NCBI GenBank assembly: GCA_004431415.1
Contig: QPMI01000079.1
Span: forward strand, 62,001 to 126,000
DNA length: 64,000 bases
Direction: 5' to 3'
From: Cyanophora paradoxa CCMP329
Taxonomy: Eukaryota > Plantae > Glaucophyta
In this document: positions 24,201 through 35,700 of the stretch, piece by piece
Position numbering within the stretch: the stretch's first letter is position 1
Layout: each line of letters starts with the position of its first letter
Made by a program: the position numbers and the translations under genes
Notes under the pieces: model-generated
What the model was told of the DNA's origin: nothing
What the model saw: the letters and a program-made list of their open reading frames with translations, nothing else
Database searches by the model: none

Positions 24201-24891
24201 GACACACGTACGGTGCGGATCCCCGGATTACACAGATCTATTCGGATTTAACCTTTATAATTAATTATAATCGATTGCGCATTCATAATCAATCGATTGC
24301 GTGCGCTTTGACTTGACTGCTAATCCGAATCGAATATCGAATGAAAAAAGGACGACGTCGAGGACCTTGAGGAGCTCGAGAGCACGCGTACGGTGAGGCC
24401 AAGATCTACATCTAGATCTGTAAGGCCTAGGCCTAGCCCGTATATATACGTGGCTAGGCCGGCACCGGCGCGGACCCGTCCGAGAATATTGCTAACGTCT
24501 AGATCTTCCCAGGAGCACGAGGATTCGGACGAGGAAGACGGCGGAGAGGTCGACCGCCTGGAGGAGCTCTACGAGAAGATACAGGAGAGGGAGTACGCGC
24601 GGCTGGGGCCGCTGGAGCCGCTGCGCGAGCGGATGGAGGTCGTGTGGAGCGACGACGAGGACGACGATGAGCGTGACGAAGATTACGTGTGCGACGAGGA
24701 CGAGGAGGGCGAGGAGGAGGACGAGGACGAGGACGAGGAGGAGGAGGAGGACGGGGTGTCGGGGGAAGGATCGGTGCGCATGCGCCCGTGGGGCACCCTT
24801 CTCGCGAGCCGCAGCTGCGCCGGCGGTGGATGAGGGTCAACTGTTCCCGATCATGCCCTTGGCGCAGGATCTGGAGGAGCTCGAAGCGTAG
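21241..24891 (+). CDS. F-box/LRR-like protein with acidic C-terminal tail
   Basis: AALPDDVLVHVFELIVE...AMRVSRRWHRLASDPCLWSTFHL (F-box); LPRFRSLSHLIL and LPSLERLVL repeats; D/E-rich tail ending LAQDLEELEA*. Start codon and several exon limits are uncertain. Confidence 0.65.
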
Positions 24892-25182
24892 GCTAGGCGG
24901 GCAGTTGTCGCACTGTGCACGTGGCGGATTTTATTCGAATTCAACGTTAACGGCCCCGCCCGCTCCAATTTGATAGTTAATTCGATTGAGATATCGTTGG
25001 CCACAAGACTGTTCACATCGTTGAATCATCACAGCATGCGCGCTAACGTCCTATATATAACCCCGGGACCTCGCACACCAGTACCGGAGCGCGAATTTCA
25101 GAGTACTAGTGATCTCGGCTGGGCTCGGGGGATAAACTCCTAGGCCTCTCCCTTGCATTGCAATTGTGGGGCTCCCGCCTGC

Positions 25183-26672
25183 CCCTCCTCCTCCCTCCGC
25201 TCCCTCTCCGCCCCCCCCGTCGACGTCGAGAACATCCCCGACGCCAGCTCCGGTACCCCCGCCTTCCCGCGCACCCGCCCCCCTCCCCGACCCACGAATC
25301 GCGTACCCCCGCAGAGTACGAGGAGGCGTGGCTCGCGGTGCTGCAGGCGATCGCGGCCGCGTGCGGCGACCCGCGGACCGAGGTCCGTGACCACGCCGTC
25401 GCCCTTCTCCAGGTCACCCCGTACCCCGCCCCCACGCCCGCGGCCCCTGAGCCGGGGTACAGCACGCGCTGCTGGCGGCGGACGCGGACGCGACGCGGCG
25501 GCTCTCGGCCTCCGCCTGGCGCCACTGCTTCGACCGCGCCCTCTTCCCCGCCATCACCTCCCTGCTCCAGGTGCCCCGCCCCCGCCCCACCGCTGTGCCC
25601 CGTACCCCCGGCCGACGCGCGCGCGCGTACCCCGCAGATATGGGACGACATCCGCGACTACACGCTCCCCACGGGCCTCTCCAAGGTACCTCTCTCTTCG
25701 CCCCTCCCGATCCATCCCTCCGGGGCTGCCGGGCACCGACTCGGCGTGCGCAGGAGGGCGCAGCGGCCGCGCAGGCGAACTACGCTCGGGTGCGGGGGTC
25801 CGTCGAGCGCACCCTCAACCGCTCCGCACAGCTCCTCTGCAAGGTGCCGCCCCGCCCCGCCCGCCAGCCCCGCCCCGCGCCGCCCCGCGCCGCCGGCGGC
25901 TCACGCGCCCCGGCGCAGTGCTTCCTCCAGCACCTGCACCGCGTCGCCGGCCTTTCCGACTTCCACGGTGCGCAGCCCGGGCTCGAATCCGCGCAGCGCC
26001 CGTTCCGACGCGCCCCTCCGCAGTCCTCTGGCTCTCCCTCCTCCACTTCCTCGAGCGGCTCCTCCGGGCCGGCAGGTCCGCGCCCGCACCCCTCCGTTTG
26101 GGCCCCGTACCCCCCGAGCCGCCGCGCAGCGGGGCCAAGGAGAACCTGCTGGCCGAGGCCGTGCCCGAGCAGACCAAGGTTCGACTCCGCGCGGGACCGT
26201 TGTCGCTCCCCGGCGCCCCGCTCCTCCCTGCCCCACCCCGCCCCGCCGACGCCGGCGCAGAATATCCTGCTCGTGATGATGTCGTCGTACCTGCTGGTGT
26301 ACCCCCCCTCGACGTCGGTGCAGCACCGGCTGTGGGACGTCACGTGGCCGGCGCTCGCATCCTTCTGCCCCCACCTCAAGCTCGAGCTCTTCCCCGACTC
26401 CGAGGCCGCCCCGGGTACCCCTGCTCGCTCTCCCTGTACCCCTTCGCGCAGCGGCCTGCTGACGCGGGCGCAGCGGCCCCCGCGCCGAGCCCGACGCCCC
26501 CGCCGCAGCCCGTCTCGTGAGCGGCCTCGATTCTTCCCCCATCCCCTGCCCTCTCCCCACCCCCCTACCATTCCTGGAACCCGCCCCCCAGCCTGCACTC
26601 TCGCATGTTCTTTGAATTTGAAGTCCGCCAGAAGTGAATCATGATCAGGGCCAAGTCGATCGCGAGGCCGGG
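25183..26672 (+). pseudogene. Duplicate of the GBF1 3' end (last exons, introns and 3' flank of 19181-20673)
   Basis: Near-identical exons with introns retained, offset by ~6.0 kb. Starts mid-exon with no 5' portion. Confidence 0.92.
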
Positions 26673-26742
26673 CCGCAACATAGAGCAACATCGTCGGACC
26701 GCAACGTTAACCGGCCGCGGGGGTCCGGATCCGGGCGGGCGG

Positions 26743-27452
26743 CTAGGCGGCGAGGTCGGCGGCGGCGGCTTCGGCGTCGGCGGCGGCGGTGGCCTCCGCG
26801 AAGTCGAACTCCTCCTCGAACTCCTCGAGCTCCTCCTGCGCGGGCGGGGCGGGGCGGGGGCCGAGATCAGGGCTTGCCATGATCAGGGGCGCCACCCCCC
26901 CCCCCCCCCCCCCCCCCTCTCGTCCCCCGGGGCCCGGCGGCGCCTGGATCCGGTGGGCCCCGGCGCACCGCGCTGGGGTTGGTGTCGTCGCCGTTGTCGT
27001 CCGCAGGGGGAATGAGCGCCTTCAGGTCCGGGTCGTCGTACTCGCCATTGATGTACTTCTGGAACTCCTCGGAACTGGGGTCCACCTGGCACCCCTTCCG
27101 CGCTTCCCACTGACAATCGTAATCGTACTCGTCGACGTCGACGTCGCTGTTCGCGATCGCACAGAGGCAATCCGCGAAGGCTTCGGTCGCCGGTTCGCCC
27201 ATGCACATAGACTGCGGCGGAATTGAACTCGTTAACGCTAACATTTTCCGTAATGGGTCAGATCTGCAACCGGCAGCGGCACCACCGCCCACCTGTGCGT
27301 AGTTTTCGATGAAGTATTTGCGAAAATGGGGGAGATCCTGAGGGGACTCCTCGGCAACCATCTTATACTGGTCGCGGATCTGGTCTTCCTTCAGCAGCGC
27401 CAAGTAATTCGCCTGCCACGTCGGCTTCGTGCCGCAGTTCGCATTTGCCGAC
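26743..27452 (-). CDS. 3' exons of hypothetical Cys-containing acidic protein; first exon uncertain
   Basis: ANCGTKPTWQANYLALLKEDQIRDQYK...FIENYAQ / SMCMGEPATEAFADCLCAIANSD...CQWEARKGCQVDP / EELEEFEEEFDFAEA...DLAA*, joined by GT-AG introns. Confidence 0.6.
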
Positions 27453-28251
27453 CTGCGAATCGCAATATCGATTAAATATTGCAATTGCAATTGCAATTGC
27501 ACTCCGGCAGGGATATATAGGCACATGCACGCGTACAACATGCATATGGCATGGTAACAAGTGCGTATGTACATGTGATCATGAAATATAAGCGAATGTT
27601 TACGGTTTAAACGCCACCATGATCGCTCATGATCATGATCCGATGATCACCGGTTCATGATCACCGGGCCTGGAGTTATTGTAGGTCATGATCACCGGGT
27701 AACAACACGTGCACATGGATTTAGATCTAGAGGCATATATATGCTCAACACATTATAATTATATATCAAGTTATCATGATCATCAACACATTATATATCA
27801 TGATCATGATCATGATATCGATACAAATCAGACTCTAGAAGATCTAGCTAAAGAGATTTGAGACATTAATATTGAAATCGATGCGCGTCACAGTATCATA
27901 GTATATTATAACAGAAGTACTAGTATGCCGACCGCCGGGCGATATGCATGCCCGGCGCCCCGCGGGCGGCTCAGCGGCTGCCCACGTCGAGGGCCACACT
28001 CCGCACTGCGGCGTGACTGCGCATGCAGCACTGCGGCAGATCTAAAAGCAATGGCTACGCTGCAGCGACTAGGCACGCAAGTGAACGCACATCTTTCGAT
28101 CAGCAGGTTTCCGAATTCGAAGTTCGGTTGAGAACGTTGCCGTGTGCGACCGTTGCGAGAACTTGCGACGCGTACCGTAGTTACGGCGTAGTACGAGCGC
28201 CGGGCCTGCGACTCTGGCTGCGAGCCTGCAGCGCTAGCTGCGAGCCTGCGA

Positions 28252-28524
28252 CTACCGTAGACGACTTATACTGCAGTATACCGCGCTGACTTAAGCTTAA
28301 CTACCGCGCTGCCAAATTACCGCGCTCAAAATTTTTAAAACGCAGTAATTTGGTAGCGCAGTACGTATTACGGTACTATTACCCCCTTTGCTAACAAATA
28401 ATACTATGATACATTTTCGAAGACGATGGAACGCGGTAATTTGGTAGCGCGTTAAAGCGCATACCGGCGCCGAAATTTTAGAACGCGGTAATATGTGGCG
28501 CGGTATTTTAGTCGTCTATGGTAG
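28252..28524. mobile_element. MITE-like non-autonomous DNA transposon (273 bp)
   Basis: Terminal inverted repeats CTACCGTAGACGACT / AGTCGTCTATGGTAG. Subterminal TACCGCG/CGCGGTA repeats in opposite orientation at each end; GCGA on both flanks (28248-28251, 28525-28528). A second end copy lies at 38771. Confidence 0.8.
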
Positions 28525-28606
28525 GCGATCACGGATGCGAGGCTACGTACCGGGGTAGCCGCTGAGCTATAGCCGGCTATTAGCCGCTGATCATGAGCTC
28601 TAACGT

Positions 28607-28836
28607 ATAACAGAATATTAGTGCGCGCATAATATTAATGCGCCCCCCGGGCCCAAAAAGGCTTCAAGGGCTGCCAAAAGGCTTCAAAAAGCCCCCCCTC
28701 ACATGCTGCCAAAAGGCTTCAAAACGCAGTAATTATAAATTCCATGATTAAATATATTGGTGCCGCATTAAATGCCATATAATAGGGGTCCGGGTCCAAA
28801 AACGCATTAATATTGAGCGCATTAATACTGTGTTAC
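28607..28836. mobile_element. Second MITE-like element with imperfect ~30-bp TIRs
   Basis: Left acagaatattagtgcgcgcataatattaatgcg versus right-end reverse complement acagtattaatgcgctcaatattaatgcg. Internal gccaaaaggcttcaa-like motif x3; AT-rich. Confidence 0.5.
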
Positions 28837-29308
28837 CGTAGTACGTTATACGGTAGCCGCTGGCCCGCTGAGCGCCGAGCTCGAGATGCTGCGCATGCCG
28901 GGCGCCGCAGTGCGCATGCTGCTTGGCAGTGCGCATGCTTGCTGGGGAGTCAGTGGGGACTCTGGGGAGTCACTGCCCGACTCACTGGGGACTCCAGTCT
29001 CTCAGAGCTCGAGCCGGCCCTGCCAGCCAGTGCCAGCACTGCCAGGCTATTGCGCTAGCGCTGGCCCATCGATACCCCGGTACAGTGATTTGGCTTCAAA
29101 AACAGCAGCTAAGAGCTAGAGAAAAAAAACCCGACCGGGAAAGAGCCACCGGGACTCGCGATCGGGAATTTCGAATTTCGGCTCCCAATCTTCGAGCTTC
29201 GAATTCGAAGCAGGCGTCGACTTCGCGATCGCGATCGCGATCGCGAGCTCGAGTCGCTCGCGACGCCTGCGCATGCGAGTCTAGATCTGCGGCTGAAGAG
29301 AGCTGGGC

Positions 29309-32300
29309 CTAGGCGGGGGGCGCCGGCGAGGCCGCGGCCGCCGGCGCCGAGAGCCAGCGCCGGAAGTGCTCGTGGGACGTCGAGATGTGCAGCAGCTCTG
29401 CCCCGACGATATCGATTGCAAGTCACGGTTCCGGAGGTCTTGGCGGGCTGCTCAGCGAGAGGCCGCGCGGGGCGGACGCGCACCGGTGTGGCCGGCGGCG
29501 ACGCGGACCGACTCGCGGGCGCGGGCGTCCAGCGCAGCCGCCGACTCCGTCGGCACCGTCCCCTGGTTTCAACGGCGGCTCAAAACTAGAGGCGAAAGAA
29601 CGGAAAAGATAGGAGGGGGGGAGGGGGGGGTGGGGGGGGGAGGGGGAGGGGGGAAAAGGAGGGAGGGGGAGCCCTTTGCAGAAGGGGGGGGGGCAGGGGG
29701 GGGTGCCTTTGCAAAAGAGAGGAGAGGGGGCCGGGATGGGGGGGGATGGGGAGGGGGGGTAGGCGGCGCACGTCGCCGTCGACCATCTCGAAGACGGGGG
29801 GTACGCCCACGATCTCCCCCAGGGAGGCCACGCCGGCGGGGTACGTGGCGTTGTAGGGCGTCGGCTTCGCGGTGCCCACGACGACGTACGTCTCGCGGGG
29901 CACGCGCGCGCCCAGCCAGCGCTTCGTTCGCGAGCCCGAGGCCCGACGGTCAGCGGCTCGCGCGCCCGAAGGACGGCGCCGAGCGCGTGCGGAGCACCTG
30001 CACGTTGGCCACCGCGGGCTCGCGGATCTGCGGGTAGAGCGGCCAGGGGCGCGACTCGCCTGCGCCGGGGCCGGCCTCAGGTGCGGAACCAAACAAGGAG
30101 CGAAAGGCGGGACAAAACGCGCGCCGGCGACAGTGAGGTTGTTGCGGGTGAGGGCCTCGGAGAAGGCCCCCAGCGCCTCGTCCGGTCCTGCGCATGCGCC
30201 CCGCCGGCTCGCGATCGCGCGATCTAGGCCGGGCCGGTCCGGGCGGCGCGCTCTAGATCTCCCAGGCGGGGCCGGCTCGTCGAGCCCGAGGTCCAGGCGC
30301 GGGGCGCACCGACGTAGGTTCGCGTGCCGCCGCCGATGAAGTTGACGGCGACGGAGGGCGGCAGGGCCCAGCGCCCGGAGAGGGGGTACAGCTCCCAGAA
30401 GGCCGGCGAGTAGAGCACGAAGTTGCGGATGTAGGGCATCATCAGAGAGACCGCCTCAGAGTCTGCGCACGCGCCGCGGCCCGGCGGCCGGCGAGCTCAG
30501 GCAAGAGGGGTACGTGTTCCGGATCCGGGCGGGGCGGGTGGGGGGGGGTACGCACCGGAGTCGACGGTAAAGCCGTAGGTGACCCCCTCGTAGCAGCGGC
30601 CCCTGCGCCCCCCGGACCCGGGCCCAGCTGAAGCGAGGCCCAGGGCGCCCCCGGCTGTGTGCCCGCCTCTCTTAGCTGCACTAAGCCGCACAAAGCGCCG
30701 ACATGACGGCACGGCGCAAGGCTGGACGCAGAGGTCGAGGGGGCGGGCGCACGGGGCGCCGAGGAAGGGCGTGCCGACGACGATCCACTGGCGCACGAGC
30801 TCGTCCACCGCCTCCGGGTGCGCCGTGAAGTACTGCGCGCGCGGGATCCGAGCCGGGGCGGGCGGGCGACGTCTCAGGCCTCAGTTCCTGCACGCGCTCG
30901 CTCGCGCCGCCCTAGCTATAGACAGATCCTGAAGATCTGGATATCAAGAGCATCGCCCTATTGCATCGCCCGCCCGCCCGCACGCGCAAGCTTAAGCGCG
31001 CCACGCCAGCTATAGATCTAGATCTCAAGCTCCGCCCTATGTATCGCTGCGGCACGCCCTAGGTCTGCCCTAGGTCTTGAGTCTGCCCTAGATCTTGAGG
31101 AAAGAGCCGCACGCGCCCCTAGGTCTGCCCTAGGTCACTTGAGGAAAGCGCGCGGGTCGCGACGGCGCACGGAAAGCGAGAGGAGGCCGCCCATCGAGTG
31201 CGCCACTGAGAGGAAGGAGGCGAGGCGGGAGCGCCTCAGAAGAAGAATCGATCCGAGGCGGGGTGGGGCGAGGGGCGGGGCGGGGCGGGGCGGGGCGGGG
31301 CGCACGGAGGGTGACGGGCCGCCCCGTCTGGTTGCGGACGCCGCCCACGAGCCGGTGCAGCTCATCCAGCTTCCCCGTGTCCCCGTTCGTCGTCCGCCAG
31401 TCTGCGGCGCGGCGGAGAGATCAGAGCGGGGAGGGGGGGGGAGAAGAGGGGGGTAGGGGCGCGCCGTAGGGGAAGGCCCAGAGGTCCTCGCCCGGCACGT
31501 ACCCCATCTCCTCCGTCAGGAAGTCAATCAGCGGCTGGCGACGGCCGAAGGCGCGGATCAGAGGGGCGTGGGTGCGAAGGGAGCGGAGAGGGGCGGAGGG
31601 GCTCGGATTCCGGGCGAAATGTTCAGATTCCGGGGGGCGCGCGCGCCTGCATGTACCCGGCGGAGCCGAAGAGGCCGGCTGCCTTGAAGAGCTCGGAGTT
31701 CCCGGCCAGGTTCGCGACGGCGAACAGGCCGCTGTTCTCCTGCGCGCGAGCGCGGCGCAGCGCGGCGCGGCGCGGCCGCCGCGGTCAGTCCAGATACAGA
31801 AGCCAGCTGGCTCGAGCTGGCGCGCGCGGAAGGTCTGTGGGGGCGCACCGGGGGCGGGGAGACCTTGAGCTGCGTGGAGAGCTGCGCCGTGCTGTTCGTC
31901 GCGGGGTCGTAGGTGAGGTAGAGGCCCCTCACGAGGGCGTCCCCTGCGCGCCCGCGCCGGTTTCAGCTTCGAGCGCGCGCCACCAGGTTCGAATTCGATC
32001 GGGCGCACCGATCGGCGTGATGTTCGTCTCGTTCTTGCGGAGCCGGTTGGCGGCGTCCTGGGCCTGCGCGCCCCTCGGGCCAGTCGGCTTCGAATTCAGC
32101 GAGGATCGCAGCTTCAGAGCACGGACCTCAGAGATGGGGACGTCCGGCAGCCACGCCTGGATCGTCGTCCCGTCGAGGCCCTGCGCGTTCAGCACGCTGC
32201 TCGGAGCGCCGGCGCGCGCCGCAATTGAGCGAAGACGGCCGCGAGGTGCGCATACATATGCAGCGCAACACCGGCACGGCAAACAGAACTCGAAACGAGC

Positions 32301-32406
32301 GGGCTAGCCTGCTCTCGATGCCTGGAATGAGGATGACCGGCTGGTTGAGCGCGTGCGCCGCGCACGCGGCGAAGGCCGCCAGCAAGAGGAGCAGCGCCGA
32401 GCGCAT
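29309..32406 (-). CDS. Secreted LCAT/phospholipase A-type alpha/beta hydrolase
   Basis: Signal peptide MRSALLLLLAAFAACAAHA, then PVILIPGI, GYVPGEDLWAFPY-DWR, nucleophile motif VAHSMGGL, IVVGTPFLGA, DGD-GTVPTES and catalytic His region AGHT-ELL. Confidence 0.88.
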
Positions 32407-32776
32407 GTCGTTCGGAGGGGGCGAGGTCTGGGCGGCAGCTCAGGTTTCGCCTAGCGGCTGGAATCGCGCAATTGCAACCTGACGCGCCTGGATGAGGCCG
32501 GAAGTTTCGGAGGTCACTTTGGCAGTGTGACTTTGCGCCTCGACGGGTACAGCGTGCAGCATTTTTTCGCGGAATTTTAGCCCCACGCACAGTCGTATAA
32601 GAGCCACTCTCGGCAGCGATCGCAGCTCCAGCAGCGTGTGCGAGTGCTTGTTCTAAGAATCAAAGCAGTCCTGCCGCAGCGCGCGTCCGACTTGCATGCG
32701 CAATCAAGTGAGTAAGTTAGCTTGCCAATTGTAGCGATCAGGAGAAGGGCGGCCTGTGGAGGCCGCAGAGTGAAAC

Positions 32777-35700
32777 ATGGGCTTCTGTTGTTGTGGTGAG
32801 GAGCCCACGGTTGCTGCCGCAACCAAGGGAGTTGCTCCTGCCACCAACCCCTCGATGAAGACCCGGCGAAAGAGCGGCGACCCCGGTGCGCTGAGCCGCC
32901 TTTGCCTCTCAGTTGAGCACTTCAGCGGCGCTGACGCCGCCCGTCAGACGAACTCGCCGTGCTTCAGGCAATCGGCAGTCGCCTCTTCGCGGCGTTCGTG
33001 GAGAAGTTCATGGCCCAGACGGGTGCGCGGCGGGCCCCGCTGCGCGCTTTCGCGCTCCCTAAGCGCCCGCAGACGATCTGGTGGCGCTCTGCGACCAGCA
33101 GGGGAGCTGCGCGACGTACTCGGCCACGCTCGCCAAGCGGATCTGGACGGACTTCACGCTCTTCGGGGGGGAGGAGATGTCGTGCGCGGCGCCTCCTCCC
33201 GCGCGCTGCGCGCGCAGCAGACCCACGCGGCCGCCCCGCCCCGCGCAGCCTGTTCGAGAACCAGACGCCGGCCTTCCGACAGCTGGTCACGAACGGCTTC
33301 AAGAAGGCGATGGCGCTGGGGTCGTCGGAGACGCCCGTGGAGCTCTACGCGCAGATGCGCGTGGGCGGCCTGCCGGCCTCCACCTCCTCCCAGATCATGG
33401 ACGCCAAGCTCACCATCACGCCCCTCAAGCCGGCCCCGCCGCGCAAGCGGGAGGACCCGCGCGGCCAGCTCCCGGGCGCCGCCGCCGCGCAGGCGCAGCT
33501 CCCCGACAAGTACAAGAAGGAATTCTTCGCCGTCTTCGTCCGCTTCCCGGCGCTCGAGTCGCGCGCGGGTTCCGTCGCGGCGCTGCAGCCCAAGGCCTCC
33601 GTCGCCCGCATGCGGGCGCGTGCCCCGCCCCGCCCTGACCCGCCCCGCCCCGCTTGCGCCTCTGAGCCGGCGCCGCAGCCGCCGAGGGCGGTCGCTATGG
33701 CGGCGCACAGCATCGCCCAGTCCTCCATCGGCGAGGCGCGCCCGCCCGCGCCGCGCCGCCCTCGCGCCCCGCTCCCGCCCCGCCTGACCCGCGGCCGGCG
33801 GCACCGGCGCAGGCGCTCAAGTCGCCCGGGGACTCGTTCAGCGCCGGCGGGGGGGCGAAGATGAGCCCGGCCGACCTCGGGATCATCCCCCCCTCGGCGG
33901 CCGGGACCTGGGCCGGCTCCCTCGAGGACGGCACGGGCACCGACTCCAAGCGCAGCGAGCGGCGCGCACGCACACACGCGCCCCCGTGGCGCTCCGCCCT
34001 CGACCGCCCCGTCTGACGCGTCCCCGCAGGGCGCCGGAGGGGCACGCCTCCGCCGGCATCGCCAACTCGGCTTCTGCCGCAGCCGCCGCCGCCGCCGCCG
34101 CCGCTGCAGCCGCGTGCTCCGAGTGCGAGGAGCTGCAGGTGCGGCATCGATGCCTCCTCCCTCGCCCCCGCCCCGGCCCCACCGCTGAGCGCCCGCCCCC
34201 CCCGGTTCGCGCCGCAGACGGCTGTGGCGACGCTGGAGCACCGCGTGGAGGAGCTCGCGGAGGCCCGCGCAGCCCTCCAGGCGAGCCGCCGCCCTCCGCT
34301 TCGCTTGGGCGCGGCGCGGCGCGCCTGACGCCGGGGCGGGCGCGGCAGCTGCGGGTGCAGTCGCTGGAGGCGGTCGGGTCGCTGGGGGCCGGCCCCGCGG
34401 TCGCCGTCGCCGTGCGGGACCGCGCCGGCCGCTACCGCTTCCTCAACTCGACGGCCGCCCGCGCGCTGGCGCCGGGCAAGCGCCCCGCCGAGCTCATCGG
34501 GCGCACCCCGCACGACTTCCTGCCCCCCGAAATCGCCTCCGTGCGCCCTCCGCCCTTCGCCCTCCGCCCGCGCAGCCCGCGGGGCGGCCCCCCTGACTCG
34601 GCCTCGGCGGCAGAGGCTGGAGCTGCACGACAGTGCCGTCATCGGCGGCGGCACGCCCTCCGTCGTCGAGTTCGAGGTGCGCGCGCCGCGGCCCTGGGCC
34701 GCAGCCCGTTTGCTGCGCGGGCCGGACCCGGGAGCGAGCATGGGGGCGGCGGCAGGCGAAGGAGGGAGAGTACCCGTCCTCCGGGCGCCTGCTGGTGATT
34801 AAGTTCGGGTGGAGCTCGGCGCCCGAGGGGGAGGGGCAGGGCGGGGGCCCCGGCCCCGCCACCGACACCGTCGGCGGCGTCTGCGAGATCGTCGTCCCCG
34901 TCGCGTCGGCCCCGCCGGCAGGCGGCGCCTGGGCGCCCCCGCCCGAGGCCGAGACGGCGCGCGCGGCCCTCCGCGCCTGCGCCTTCTACAGCCGCAACCT
35001 CGTCGCCCCCGCCCTCGAAGTCGCCCGTGCGCTCTCGGCGCTTCCCGCCCGGGCCCGAGGTCGCCCCTGACGCCTCCCTCGGGCCGGGCAGAGCTGTGCG
35101 GGCAGCTCGACATGGGCCGCCTGGCCGCGCGGGAGGTCCACATCGTGCGGCGGGCCCTCTCCCTCGGCGCCGTCCTCTCGCGCTCCGCCCGCGCCCTCCA
35201 CGCCGCCTTCGTCCACGCCTCCTCCTCCCCGGCCCCGGGCGCCCTCGCCCCCGCCCTCGGCCGCCCCGCCGGCCTCCCGCCCCTGCCCCCCGCCGGCTTC
35301 GCCGACATCAGCTCCCTCCTGGGCGCCGCCGAGAGCGCCCACGGCAAGGGCCGCATGCGCAAGTCCGACTCCCGTGCGCCCGGCTCCGCCCCGCTCCCAT
35401 CCGGTCCGATTGCGAGCCAACTCTCGCGTGCAGAGTCGAGCCTGGCGGGGACCGGCGAGGCGGTCGACGTCCACCTCGTCGTCGAGGCTGCCCTCGACGC
35501 CGCCGCCGCCGTGCGCCCCGCCCGCCCCCGCCCGCCCCGCAGCCCCGCCGCCTGCTCCAGCCTCTCTCGCCTGGCCTGGCCCGGTCTAGTTCTCGAGCCC
35601 TGGCCTGCTCCCTAAGCCCCGGCCCCTGTCCTCGTCCCGGCCCAGCGCCGCCCTGAGCGCCGGCCCTCGCCCGCAGGCCGCCGCCGCGCGCCGCGTCGAC

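Noticed and set aside
28650-28725. gccaaaaggcttcaa-like motif x3 with spacers, CRISPR-like at a glance
   Set aside because: Repeats too short, spacing irregular, eukaryotic context and no cas genes; lies inside a MITE-like element.
31052-31150. Local duplications (gccctaggtctgccctaggtc x2; also 62591-62654 and 6830-6880)
   Set aside because: Ordinary short tandem duplications in introns or decayed DNA.
26743-32406. The 26.7-27.5 kb exons as the 3' part of the LCAT gene
   Set aside because: LCAT has its own terminal exon and stop at 29309-29311 after the catalytic His region.
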